The notes under the pieces were generated by a model, which made no database searches, was not told where the DNA came from, and saw only the letters and a program-made list of their open reading frames with translations. The position numbers were made by a program, and so were the translations under genes. From an uncultured Gammaproteobacteria bacterium (GTDB lineage: Bacteria; Patescibacteriota; Patescibacteriia; Magasanikbacterales; UBA922), in contig CAYYQC010000001.1 in assembly GCA_964473715.1 (NCBI GenBank), positions 3,953 to 56,612 of the forward strand: a stretch of 52,660 nucleotides of DNA, written 5' to 3'. The stretch's first letter is position 1, and every line of letters starts with the position of its first letter. Shown one piece after another: positions 16,445-26,107 of this stretch.

Positions 16445-17755
16445 TTACAAACTCCAATAATGATAGCCGAGCGCTTCTACTTCAGCACGGCTAAACATGT
16501 GTTTGACATCAGCGATAAGAGCACCTGGGCGAGCTAATTCACCTAATAAAGTGGCCGCGCCTTTATTTTTAAATTCATCATGAGAAACAGCGAGTACCAA
16601 TACATCACTTCCAACCAAGGCCGTGTAATCACTTAAATCCACACCATATTCATGCTTTACCTCTGAAGGCAAACCAAATGGTTCATGAATGAGAGGGGTA
16701 ATATCAAATTGATTAAATTCTTTTACCAAATCAATCACACGAGAATTGCGTACATCTGGTACATTTTCTTTAAACGTAAAACCAAGAATCCCCACTTTGA
16801 GCTCATCGAGTGGTTTGGCCAAACGCGCGGCCTGTTTGATAATTTCACGCGCTACGTACCGACCCATGGCATCATTAATTCTACGACCAGATAAAATTAC
16901 TTCGGGGTGGTGGCCAAGGCCTTGTGCTTTATACGTCAAATAATACGGATCCACGCCAATACAATGTCCACCCACTAAACCTGGCTGAAATTTTAAAAAA
17001 TTCCATTTTGTTCCAGCGGCAGCCAGGACATCATAAACTGAAATATCCATTTTTCCAAAAATAAGCGCAAGTTCATTCATGAGCGCAATATTCAAATCAC
17101 GTTGTGTGTTTTCAATTACTTTAGCAGCTTCAGCTACTTTGATTGACGTTGCTCGAAAAGTACCAGCACTCGTAATTGATGCATAAACTTGGTCTACCAC
17201 ATCAAGTGCTTCTGGAGTTTGCGCAGACACCACTTTGATAATTCGATCAATAGTGTGTTCTTTATCACCTGGATTGACGCGCTCAGGAGAATATCCTACG
17301 GCAAAATCTGCTGGTGATTTGAGTCCAGAAACTTTTTCCAAAATTGGCAACGCCATTTCTTCGGTCACACCTGGATATACCGTAGACTCGTACACCACAA
17401 TACTTCCCTTTTGCAAATATTTACCAATCATTTCACTGGCTTTGCGTACCAAAATTAAATCAGGTTGATTATACTCATCCACTGGTGTTGGCACAGCCAC
17501 AATAATAAATTTCGCATCTACCAACCTGTCTGGATTATCAGTAAATTCCATGTCAGTAGACTTGAGGCCTTCAGTCCCCACTTCTCCAGTGCGATCAATG
17601 TTATTTTTTAATTCAGCAATTTTTTCTTTGTTAATGTCTAAGCCAATGACGCTAAATTTTTTCGCAAGTAAAACCGCGAGTGGCAAACCTACATAACCCA
17701 AACCTACCACGGCGATTTTAGTAGAACGGTCAGTTAATTCTTGTATTTGTATCAT
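16445..17755 (-). CDS. nucleotide-sugar 6-dehydrogenase (UDP-ManNAc/UDP-GlcNAc/GalNAc dehydrogenase type)
   Basis: VVGLGYVGLPLAV Rossmann motif and the catalytic Cys in GGHCIGVDPYYL. At 436 aa it resembles the WecC/TviB/Cap5O architecture. Confidence 0.85.
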   Translation of the reverse strand: MIQIQELTDRSTKIAVVGLGYVGLPLAVLLAKKFSVIGLDINKEKIAELKNNIDRTGEVGTEGLKSTDMEFTDNPDRLVDAKFIIVAVPTPVDEYNQPDLILVRKASEMIGKYLQKGSIVVYESTVYPGVTEEMALPILEKVSGLKSPADFAVGYSPERVNPGDKEHTIDRIIKVVSAQTPEALDVVDQVYASITSAGTFRATSIKVAEAAKVIENTQRDLNIALMNELALIFGKMDISVYDVLAAAGTKWNFLKFQPGLVGGHCIGVDPYYLTYKAQGLGHHPEVILSGRRINDAMGRYVAREIIKQAARLAKPLDELKVGILGFTFKENVPDVRNSRVIDLVKEFNQFDITPLIHEPFGLPSEVKHEYGVDLSDYTALVGSDVLVLAVSHDEFKNKGAATLLGELARPGALIADVKHMFSRAEVEALGYHYWSL

Positions 17756-18501
17756 ATTTTTTTAAAAACCATTAATACATGAGAACCTTTATCTTTGGTT
17801 GTTTCAGCAAAATACTTGTTATTCAGTCGTAAAAAAAATTTTCGGAAAATAGAATAGTTTAAATTTAATTTTTGATTACAGAGTAATTTTTGGATTATTT
17901 TATACCAAAAATTATTATCATCACACATATAATGAGTTTCCAAAACCTGGTAGTGTGGAAAATATTCAGTTAACATTGAAGCTACATAATGCCGATAGTG
18001 TTTGGAAATTACTGGCACATTTTGAGAAGGTACGGAAATAATCAAAGTGCCGCCCGGTGCCAACAGACGGTCAATATTTTGCAAAAATGCGGGCATTAGT
18101 TCATCGGAAATATGTTCAAGTGTTTCAACTACAGAAATCAAATTAAATGATTGTGTAAGGTCTTTAATATCAGCCGCTTTAAAAACAACTTTTCTACCAA
18201 AAGAAAACGCTTGAGCAAATTTAATCGGGCGTTCATCCAAATCTACACCCAAGGCCTGAATTTTATTATCAAAGTCACTGTCATTAGTCAGGTTGGTAAG
18301 CAAAAAACCATCTCCACAACCAATATCAAGCATGGTAGAGGTGGCATATTTTTTTACTAACTCAATAACCTTGCTCATATAGTTTAGATATGAGAGTCCA
18401 CCAGGCAAAGTTTTTACAAATTTTTGTTGTTGCAAATCAACAATAAAATGATATGGAAAAGCGTATTGCCCAGCTTGTAATTCAAATTTATGGTCGCTCA
18501 T
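17752..18501 (-). CDS. class I SAM-dependent methyltransferase
   Basis: MLDIGCGDGF motif I and LAPGGTLIISVP. It has a 4-nt overlap with the downstream dehydrogenase gene. Confidence 0.75.
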   Translation of the reverse strand: MSDHKFELQAGQYAFPYHFIVDLQQQKFVKTLPGGLSYLNYMSKVIELVKKYATSTMLDIGCGDGFLLTNLTNDSDFDNKIQALGVDLDERPIKFAQAFSFGRKVVFKAADIKDLTQSFNLISVVETLEHISDELMPAFLQNIDRLLAPGGTLIISVPSQNVPVISKHYRHYVASMLTEYFPHYQVLETHYMCDDNNFWYKIIQKLLCNQKLNLNYSIFRKFFLRLNNKYFAETTKDKGSHVLMVFKKI

Positions 18502-18502
18502 A

Positions 18503-19915
18503 CTATCCTTTGCGATTAGCGGGATAAAACGGTGATCCTACAGAAATAATGTCAAAACCTGCTTCAGTTAATTCTGCAAAGCGAGCTGCTAACAAACGGC
18601 GACCATCCATAATTAAATATGGCGGTTTTACACTTTGCATAATTTCTTCAGCCGAGCTTCTAAACATCGCCCAATCAGTGCCAAGCAAAAGTACTTGTGA
18701 ACTAGTTAGAGCTTCGGCAATTGAATTCACAATTTTTACGCGCGCATATTCTGGTTTTTTGGCAGGATTAAAATACCATTCACACATTCCACTGGCGGCT
18801 GGGTCAAAAATAGTAACTGATTCTGCGCCAGCAACCAAAGCTTTTTCAATAAATAAAATTGAACCAGAATTCCGAATATCATTAGTATCTTGTTTAAAAG
18901 CCGCACCGAGTACAGCCAGATTTTTTCCTTTCCAATCAAACCTCGCTTCAGTAACAGCGCGATCAAAAAATAATTCTAATTGATGATTATTTTCTGCTAA
19001 AATCTTACGCACTAATTCTGGATCATGTCCTGCGCCTTCAAATTGAAACGCCAGTGAAGCCGCGTCTTTAATAAAACAAGAACCACCCGAAAACAAGCTA
19101 TCATACAATCCCCATGAACCAATCCGTGGATCAGAAGAGATTACCGAACGAAGTGCTTCATAAGAAAGATTGGGAAATTTTTCCGCAGTCCGGCCAAGTA
19201 CCGCATATGTAGTTACAATCCGACTGAACAAAGTAAAATTAGCGAGCAATTTTCCAGCCGCAGCTTCGTAAGGATTTACTTCTAAATATTTTACATTTGC
19301 TGAATCATAAAAACGGCGATACACATTACGCATCACAGCAAAATCCTCTTCTGTTTCTGCGCCCACCACCACACGATCTGGACGCAAAGAATTTTCAATG
19401 GCTTTGCCTTCTACCAAAAATTCTGGATTTGAAACCACACCAAAATTTTTCACACCAGCCGCTGTTAGCCGTTTAGCAGTTTGATCAATTTGGTCAATTG
19501 GCACTGTACTTTTATTTACAATCACGACGCGTTTAGTTTGCTCACCATTATTTCTCTGTGCCAAATTTACACCCAAACTTTCTAAAGCTTGATAATAATA
19601 AGTAAGGTCAGTGCTGCCTAGTGCTCCTGTTTTTTCTGGAGTTGGTAAACACAAAAATACTGCATCAGCAGTGCTTACAAAAGCGGTCATGTCAGCCGCA
19701 TCATTAGTAAAACGAATTCGATCCCGATTACGTTCTAAAAGTTCTACCAAACCATCTTCATAAATCCAGGCCTCAATTGCGGCCCGATCCCCTGAATTCA
19801 AACTTTCTACTTTTTTTGAGTCAATTTCAAAAACCAAGGTCTCATGACCACTGTCAGCTGACACTGCAGCTGAACAGGCCCCTACAAAACCAGCACCAAT
19901 ATAGAGTAGATTCAT
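18503..19915 (-). CDS. UDP-glucose/GDP-mannose 6-dehydrogenase family protein
   Basis: IGAGFVGACSA Rossmann motif and the catalytic Cys in GGSCFIKD; 470 aa. Confidence 0.83.
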   Translation of the reverse strand: MNLLYIGAGFVGACSAAVSADSGHETLVFEIDSKKVESLNSGDRAAIEAWIYEDGLVELLERNRDRIRFTNDAADMTAFVSTADAVFLCLPTPEKTGALGSTDLTYYYQALESLGVNLAQRNNGEQTKRVVIVNKSTVPIDQIDQTAKRLTAAGVKNFGVVSNPEFLVEGKAIENSLRPDRVVVGAETEEDFAVMRNVYRRFYDSANVKYLEVNPYEAAAGKLLANFTLFSRIVTTYAVLGRTAEKFPNLSYEALRSVISSDPRIGSWGLYDSLFSGGSCFIKDAASLAFQFEGAGHDPELVRKILAENNHQLELFFDRAVTEARFDWKGKNLAVLGAAFKQDTNDIRNSGSILFIEKALVAGAESVTIFDPAASGMCEWYFNPAKKPEYARVKIVNSIAEALTSSQVLLLGTDWAMFRSSAEEIMQSVKPPYLIMDGRRLLAARFAELTEAGFDIISVGSPFYPANRKG

Positions 19916-20030
19916 AGTATATTTTGCTTAAAAATATACTATACCCCAAAGAAATAATCAAGTTTTTAAAAAGCAAGTTTTTGGCTATTTTTCTTGCTTT
20001 TTGGCTTATTTCAGACTAAACTATAGGGGT

Positions 20031-21284
20031 ATGTTTGAAACAATTAAAGTAAAAATTGTTCGCGCTCTTACCTGGATTGGCCAAAAAACCAAAACCGATA
20101 TCATGTATTTGGCTAAAGGCGGTTTTTGGCTCACCATTGGTCAAGGCATTTCCATGGCCTCGGCTTTGGCCATTTCCATTGCTTTTGCCCATTTTATCTC
20201 CAAAGAGGCATATGGCAATTATCGGTATATTTTATCAATCACGGCCATTTTAGCGCTTCCTACGCTGCCTGGAATGGGTACTGCCATTACCCGCGCCGTG
20301 GCCCGTGGTTTTGAAGGCACGATTTTCCCTGGGTTACAGGCCAAATTAAAATGGGGAATACTGGCCATTGGGGCGAGTTTAATTACGGCTGGATATTATT
20401 TTTGGCAGGGCGCACCCATGCTAGGTTGGGGATTTGTAGTAGCAGCTTTCTTATTACCTCTGGCCAATGGCTTTGATATTTACAATTCATTAGTCTTAGG
20501 AAGAAAAAAGTTTTCTGAATTTACTGTTTACAATAGTATTACCCAAGCTAGTTTAGCCGCCTGTATTATCGCCGCTTTGACCCTAACCGATAACATAGTT
20601 GCTCTCATCGCTACTTTTTATATTGCCAATACGCTATTAAATACTGGTTGCTTTTTTCATGCCATTACCAAAAATCCACCAAATAAAAATATTGATCCAG
20701 AGGCAATTCCATACGGAAAACATCTTACTTATTTGGATGTCATTGGAACAGTTTTAGGCCAAGCGGATAAAGTTCTTATCTTTCATTATTTAGGTGCAGC
20801 TGAGCTCGCAATTTACGCTTTTGCCATTACTCCACCAGAACAAGTCAAGGGTTTGTTAAAAAATATTCAAGTACTGGCCATGCCAAAATTTGCCGAACAA
20901 ACTCGAGAAAATATACGCAAAACTCTTTTTTCAAAAGCAGGACAGTTAATGCTAATTTCCTTAGGAATTGCTTTTTTATATATTATTACGGCTCCTTTTT
21001 TCTTCCAATTGCTGTTTCCTCAATACCTTGAAGCCGTTATTTATTCCCAAGTAATAGTACCGTCTATTGCCGCAGCCACCACCACCATGTTTTTATACAC
21101 TTATTTGGAAGCACAACAAGCTACTAAACAATTATATCAATACAATGTGGTCAATAATATTATGAGTATTGCCATTTTATTGCCTGCAGTTTATTTTGGC
21201 GGATTATGGGGGGCAATTTTAGCTAGAACTGGTATTCGCTTTGCACAAACCATATTAGCCACCTGGCTCGTTAGGAAAACCTAA
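20031..21284 (+). CDS. Wzx-like oligosaccharide flippase (MOP superfamily)
   Basis: About 12 predicted TM segments in a polysaccharide locus. Start taken at ATG 20031 (MFETIKVKIV...). Confidence 0.72.
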   Translation: MFETIKVKIVRALTWIGQKTKTDIMYLAKGGFWLTIGQGISMASALAISIAFAHFISKEAYGNYRYILSITAILALPTLPGMGTAITRAVARGFEGTIFPGLQAKLKWGILAIGASLITAGYYFWQGAPMLGWGFVVAAFLLPLANGFDIYNSLVLGRKKFSEFTVYNSITQASLAACIIAALTLTDNIVALIATFYIANTLLNTGCFFHAITKNPPNKNIDPEAIPYGKHLTYLDVIGTVLGQADKVLIFHYLGAAELAIYAFAITPPEQVKGLLKNIQVLAMPKFAEQTRENIRKTLFSKAGQLMLISLGIAFLYIITAPFFFQLLFPQYLEAVIYSQVIVPSIAAATTTMFLYTYLEAQQATKQLYQYNVVNNIMSIAILLPAVYFGGLWGAILARTGIRFAQTILATWLVRKT

Positions 21285-22023
21285 AGATTTTCTTCAGATA
21301 ATTAAGAAGAGGAATAATCCGTACGGCCAAACGAAAAGCCGTAGACTCGTAAATATAGGTGTATTCAGGCATGATTGGCCCACCAAAAGATAATTTGAAC
21401 TTTGCAATGGCCGCACTTTTGGGATTAGTATCATTTACCGAAGCCAGGTCTAGTGAAACATAATTATTTGCTTTCCCCCATTTACAAATTTCCCAAATCA
21501 CGCCGCGGGTAGCATTGCTGATTATTTTTTGCATTTCTTTATCTTCCACATTCAAACGTTTGGAAAAAATTGAACGCACTCGTAAATACGGCGCGCTAGC
21601 GGTTACATATAATCCAGAAATAAATTCACCTTTGTAATAAGCGCCAAAAACCTGGTAGATTTTCATGTCGGTTTTGGCAAAGGCCGCGCGTCCTTGAGAA
21701 TGTTCAAACGCCGTGTAAACTTGATACGAAGGCGTAAAATCAGGATCTGGGGCACGAAATACTAAGTCTGGATTACGTTCGGCACGATGAATTTCATTGC
21801 GCGTGGTATCACTAAATCTGCGAAAAATTTCTGTTTCAGGAATAGTTAAGTCAATTAAACTCGTAGGTTTAGATTTTACTCTAAAACCCGGCAGGTTTAA
21901 TTCATGATAAGACACGGCCGTAATTGAAGAGTAAGGTTTAGTAACCGCCAATTCTTTAATTTTCTCATCGTCAAAAACAATCGTAGCCGAAGTAAATCCA
22001 AATTTTTTCTTAATGGTTATCAT
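21271..22023 (-). CDS. FemAB-like / GNAT-fold acyl- or aminoacyl-transferase (tentative)
   Basis: 250 aa. The call rests on size and a pattern resembling FemAB-like acetyltransferase_6 proteins (EIFRRFSDTTRNEIHRAERN...KFKLSFGG). No catalytic motif was verified. Confidence 0.45.
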   Translation of the reverse strand: MITIKKKFGFTSATIVFDDEKIKELAVTKPYSSITAVSYHELNLPGFRVKSKPTSLIDLTIPETEIFRRFSDTTRNEIHRAERNPDLVFRAPDPDFTPSYQVYTAFEHSQGRAAFAKTDMKIYQVFGAYYKGEFISGLYVTASAPYLRVRSIFSKRLNVEDKEMQKIISNATRGVIWEICKWGKANNYVSLDLASVNDTNPKSAAIAKFKLSFGGPIMPEYTYIYESTAFRLAVRIIPLLNYLKKIFRFS

Positions 22024-22024
22024 A

Positions 22025-22978
22025 TTATTTACCCCAAAAAGCGCGCGCGTATAACCGAACCGCGAAGGCTATTAAGCTTTCATTAACTCGCGGTGGAATT
22101 TTTTTCAAAGTCAGGGGAATATTTTTTAAATCACCAACCGAGTCAACTCCTTCCACAGTTGAGACGGCATAAGTAAATCCTGTCTCTGCCAGAGCTTGCA
22201 CAGCTTTGGCATCATACCGACCATGTGGATACGAAAAACTAATTATTGATTCTTGTAATTCTTTTTCAATGAGTACTTTAGCATCAGTTGCTTCTTGTTT
22301 GAGTACTTCAGGTTCACATTCAGTTAATTTAGTATGTGACATACCATGTGACCCAATTTCAAAGCCCTGTTTACGCAGGCTTCGAACATCTTCCCAATTT
22401 AAAAAAATATTTAATTCATGCCAAGCCTTGGCCTTTGGTAAAGATTCTTTTAATTCAGAAATAACACGATGTCGTTCCTGATACGATAATTTTTTAAAAG
22501 CTGCAATTGCATCCTCAACCTGGGCCAGGCTATTTCCCTGCTCTAAAAGTAAATACCGATAATAACTAGTGAGGGCAAAATGGGTTTTATTTATATATCC
22601 AGCCGTAATAAAAAATGTGGCTGGAATTTTATATTTTTGCAAAATCGGTGCGGCATTCAAAAGATTATCTTTGAATCCATCATCAAAAAAAATAATAGTT
22701 GGTTTACGCGCACCAGCGGCAATTACTTTACTTACGTTTTGAAAATCAGTAAACGTATGACCGTTTTTCTGTAAAAATTGTATTTGCTCTTTAAACTCTG
22801 CGGTAGTAAACGTAAGGTCAGGATATATTTCTGTATTTAATTCTGCACTATTGGCAGAGTCAGAAATACTATGGTATCCAATTAAAAAAATTGAACGCGA
22901 TAAAAATAAACCGAGCAAACGATTTACGCCAGAGTAATACAAAACCGCGCTGATTAAATTTTTAAGATTTGGTTTCAT
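22025..22978 (-). CDS. polysaccharide deacetylase (NodB homology, CE4)
   Basis: FFDDGFKDN (TFDDG motif), GSHGMSH (His-His metal motif) and SFSYPHGRY. Confidence 0.85.
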   Translation of the reverse strand: MKPNLKNLISAVLYYSGVNRLLGLFLSRSIFLIGYHSISDSANSAELNTEIYPDLTFTTAEFKEQIQFLQKNGHTFTDFQNVSKVIAAGARKPTIIFFDDGFKDNLLNAAPILQKYKIPATFFITAGYINKTHFALTSYYRYLLLEQGNSLAQVEDAIAAFKKLSYQERHRVISELKESLPKAKAWHELNIFLNWEDVRSLRKQGFEIGSHGMSHTKLTECEPEVLKQEATDAKVLIEKELQESIISFSYPHGRYDAKAVQALAETGFTYAVSTVEGVDSVGDLKNIPLTLKKIPPRVNESLIAFAVRLYARAFWGK

Positions 22979-24159
22979 GTATGTGCTTTAATAAAAGCAA
23001 TAATTTGTTTGGCACGTCCTGACCAGGAAAATTCTTTGCCTGCAATACTGGCATTTTTAACCAATTCACTTTCTAAAGCTTTGTTATTCACCACTTCTTC
23101 AATCGCCCGTTGCCAAGCCTCTGGTTTTTTATAATCAACTAAGAGTGCGGTTTTACGATCAGTCAAAACTTCAGCAATTGGTTCAGTATTAGCCGCAATA
23201 ATTGGACGTTCAGAAATTAAATATTCAAAAACTTTGGTGGGTGAATTACCTGGTTTTGCCCCAGCCGCTGGAATTAATAAAATGTCAGATGCTAATAAAT
23301 ATTGCGCCACTTCAGATTTAGGAATCCAGGGCACTAATAGTACGCGATTTTCCACTCCATGTTGTTTAATCACTGTGTCCAAGGTAGGTGGCGCGTCATC
23401 ACGTTTACCAATGCCCACAAAAATCACATTTTTTGGCAGTAATGGCAGGGCCGCGATAATATCTTCAATTCCATATGAGTCACCGTTGCCCGTTTGATAT
23501 AAATTGCCGCTATATCCCAAAATAGTTGCGTCTTGCGGCAAATTCAAAGTCACGCGGAGTTCGGATTTACTTTGATTTACAAAAGGCGCAAACCGTTCTG
23601 GTTCAGCGGCTGCGCAAAAAATCGTGGTAATATTTTTTTGAAACTTACTATAAAAATTTTCCAAAGCACGCGCAATGGTAATAGCCCCAGTGGCATATTT
23701 AATACAAAATTCCGCGCACCATTGACTGTACTGTTTAGTAAGTACAAAATGACTTTCAAAAAAACAGGGTTTACGCAAAACAAAGCGCGCAAAAGCCCAA
23801 GTGAGCCAAAGCAAATGATCGCGCGCATACACTACCTCATATTCACGAACATGCCAAAGCAAATACCAACTAAGACGAATATTATCTAAAACCGTGCCTA
23901 AAATTCTAACTAGCAAAGAACGGCTAAGTCCCAAATTATATCCCCAGGGAGTAAGTTGGGTGAGATTAAATTTTGGATTCACGCCATTTGGTTTATACAC
24001 TAATTCATGAAGTGAATCAGTAGGAACTTTTTTAAAAATTGTAATCAAATGCGCAGTAATCCCTAATTCCCCAGCCAATGCTTCAAGGGTGTGAAGCGTA
24101 TTGTAAACATGAGCCTTTGGGCTCAATACATTTAGCCGTGAAATATACAGGAGTTTCAT
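22975..24159 (-). CDS. GT4-like glycosyltransferase
   Basis: 394-aa GT-B layout with C-terminal PTKVFEYLISERPII in place of the E-x7-E region. Confidence 0.75.
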   Translation of the reverse strand: MKLLYISRLNVLSPKAHVYNTLHTLEALAGELGITAHLITIFKKVPTDSLHELVYKPNGVNPKFNLTQLTPWGYNLGLSRSLLVRILGTVLDNIRLSWYLLWHVREYEVVYARDHLLWLTWAFARFVLRKPCFFESHFVLTKQYSQWCAEFCIKYATGAITIARALENFYSKFQKNITTIFCAAAEPERFAPFVNQSKSELRVTLNLPQDATILGYSGNLYQTGNGDSYGIEDIIAALPLLPKNVIFVGIGKRDDAPPTLDTVIKQHGVENRVLLVPWIPKSEVAQYLLASDILLIPAAGAKPGNSPTKVFEYLISERPIIAANTEPIAEVLTDRKTALLVDYKKPEAWQRAIEEVVNNKALESELVKNASIAGKEFSWSGRAKQIIAFIKAHT

Positions 24160-25073
24160 ATACTGAACATGCGATTTCGTTCAAAAAAGATGGGGAAAAA
24201 ATTTGAAAGGTAGGGCGCATTGCCAATCGCATGACGCTCCAATGAATCAAAAAGGTCCCCTATTACATAGGCAAAATTTTGTGCACCCTGTGAAATTTGA
24301 AAGGTTTCAAAATATAAATCTAAATGTTTTTTTTGCGCTTCAATGCCACCGGGGCAACGTCTAGCAAAAAAGATTGCGTCAAAACCAGGCACATTCAACG
24401 TACCATATCGGCTCCAATCAATCACGGCAATCCGATCATTTACCACCAAAACATTACCCGGATGAAAATCGCCATGTTGTGACCAGCTTATCAGCTCTGC
24501 CTCTTTTGCAAAAAAAGTATCAATGAATAAGTATACTCTTTCACGATATGAAGTCTCGGGAAATAAATTGGGAATTAATTTCTCGTACTCTTCAAGCTTA
24601 TTTTTATAATCTTGAGCAGTTATTGTAATTGTTTTCTTTCCTTTTACTATAGTGTGAAATTGAGTTAGCCACTTAAATGCTTGGGCAATATAAGCATCAT
24701 CAATTGTTTGTACAGCACTATTTCCTACAAAACTTTCTACGCTCAATTGACCACTTAACAATGTTTTTGAGCCATATATGCGAGGTACAGAAGCACTAAT
24801 CAACGTACCAGCCAAATCTGATTCTACAGTTTTTAAATAATCTGCTTCTTGCACTGCAGACAAGGTTGAATTTAATTCTGTAAACTTTGCCACGGCAATC
24901 GGCGCGGGTTCATGTTTTTTAAATACAAAAAATAAGACCTTGCCGCCTTTGTACGAAATACTGGCGCGCATTTTGACAATTGAAATCTCCTGTGAAATCA
25001 GGGTAATTCCTGCTTCCGTTAAAATTTCAACAATTACCTGCTTAATCGTTTCAGTCATATTTTTTTCTAGCAA
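24156..25073 (-). CDS. aminoglycoside-phosphotransferase/choline-kinase-fold kinase
   Basis: HGDFHPGNVLV catalytic loop followed by IDWSRYG (the Brenner and DxD-like motifs of the APH fold). An alternative start is ATG 25058. Confidence 0.75.
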   Translation of the reverse strand: MLEKNMTETIKQVIVEILTEAGITLISQEISIVKMRASISYKGGKVLFFVFKKHEPAPIAVAKFTELNSTLSAVQEADYLKTVESDLAGTLISASVPRIYGSKTLLSGQLSVESFVGNSAVQTIDDAYIAQAFKWLTQFHTIVKGKKTITITAQDYKNKLEEYEKLIPNLFPETSYRERVYLFIDTFFAKEAELISWSQHGDFHPGNVLVVNDRIAVIDWSRYGTLNVPGFDAIFFARRCPGGIEAQKKHLDLYFETFQISQGAQNFAYVIGDLFDSLERHAIGNAPYLSNFFPIFFERNRMFSI

Positions 25074-26097
25074 AAATTAGAAAGCTAAAGAAGAACCAAC
25101 GCCACAAACGAGCCACTCCCGGAATAGAAATTACCTGGCGTAGAATTCGGCGCTGCAAGGTTGGTGCTGCCAAAAAATCTCGCGCCAACCACGTTAAAGC
25201 CCGCAAATCATGGTATGGCACAACATATTTAGGTAAGTTATATCCTGGCAAAGGCAAGAAAAATTCAATATCCACTAGACCAGCACTCTTAAAATGTTTT
25301 TCATACCCAGCCCTAGTGTAGGTGTACATTTGATAGGCTTTGCCGGTTTTGCGTTTAGTATACCAATCAGCCATTTTGCGCGGCATAAGACTGGTATACT
25401 GAAGGCCGCTATGGTCAATGCCGCCAAAAAACAATGGGGCACCCACCCGATTTTCAATGCCAACATATACATAGCCACCTGGCTTTAAAACACGCTTTAC
25501 TTCTTTTAAAAAATGAAGTTGAGCATCAGTCGGATTGGCAAATTTATCCGTTACACCTAGCCATTCAAATAATCCATTGCCACTTACCATGTCAAAAGTA
25601 TTATCAGGAAACGGCAAAGCCAAAGCATCACCTACTGCTACCCAAATATTTTCTTTGCCTTCTTTTTTGATTCTTTCATGCACAAAACGCGCGCGGAGCC
25701 ACGATTTATCTAGGGTATACACTTCTCCCGCTAATTCAGACAAGACAAACGCCATATTTCCCATGCCTGCGCCAATATCAAGAACGCGCCAGTCTTTTAA
25801 AACAGAGACGCATGTAACCCAGTCAGCGCGAGTTTTTTCATAAGTAAAATTAAAAAACTCAGCATTACCTTTATAAAAAGCTTCTTTAAAATCCGGATAA
25901 TTTTTACTTTTAATGGCTTCCAACCACCCTACCATTTCTGATTCTTCTACTTCACCCCAATATCGTTCTTCTGTAAAAAGCCACACTCCTTCTTTTTCTA
26001 TTACCTGTTTTTTACAAGTAGAGCAAAAAAGAGTCTGGTCTTTTTTTTCCAGCTTACTTTTACAAGCAAAGCAATGTAGAATTGGAAACGCATCCAT
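25051..26097 (-). CDS. SAM-dependent methyltransferase with an N-terminal zinc ribbon
   Basis: CFACKSKL...CSTCKK (a CxxC pair), then motif I VLDIGAGMGN and LKPGGYVYV. Confidence 0.8.
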   Translation of the reverse strand: MDAFPILHCFACKSKLEKKDQTLFCSTCKKQVIEKEGVWLFTEERYWGEVEESEMVGWLEAIKSKNYPDFKEAFYKGNAEFFNFTYEKTRADWVTCVSVLKDWRVLDIGAGMGNMAFVLSELAGEVYTLDKSWLRARFVHERIKKEGKENIWVAVGDALALPFPDNTFDMVSGNGLFEWLGVTDKFANPTDAQLHFLKEVKRVLKPGGYVYVGIENRVGAPLFFGGIDHSGLQYTSLMPRKMADWYTKRKTGKAYQMYTYTRAGYEKHFKSAGLVDIEFFLPLPGYNLPKYVVPYHDLRALTWLARDFLAAPTLQRRILRQVISIPGVARLWRWFFFSFLIFARKKYD

Positions 26098-26107
26098 AAA
26101 AAGATGA

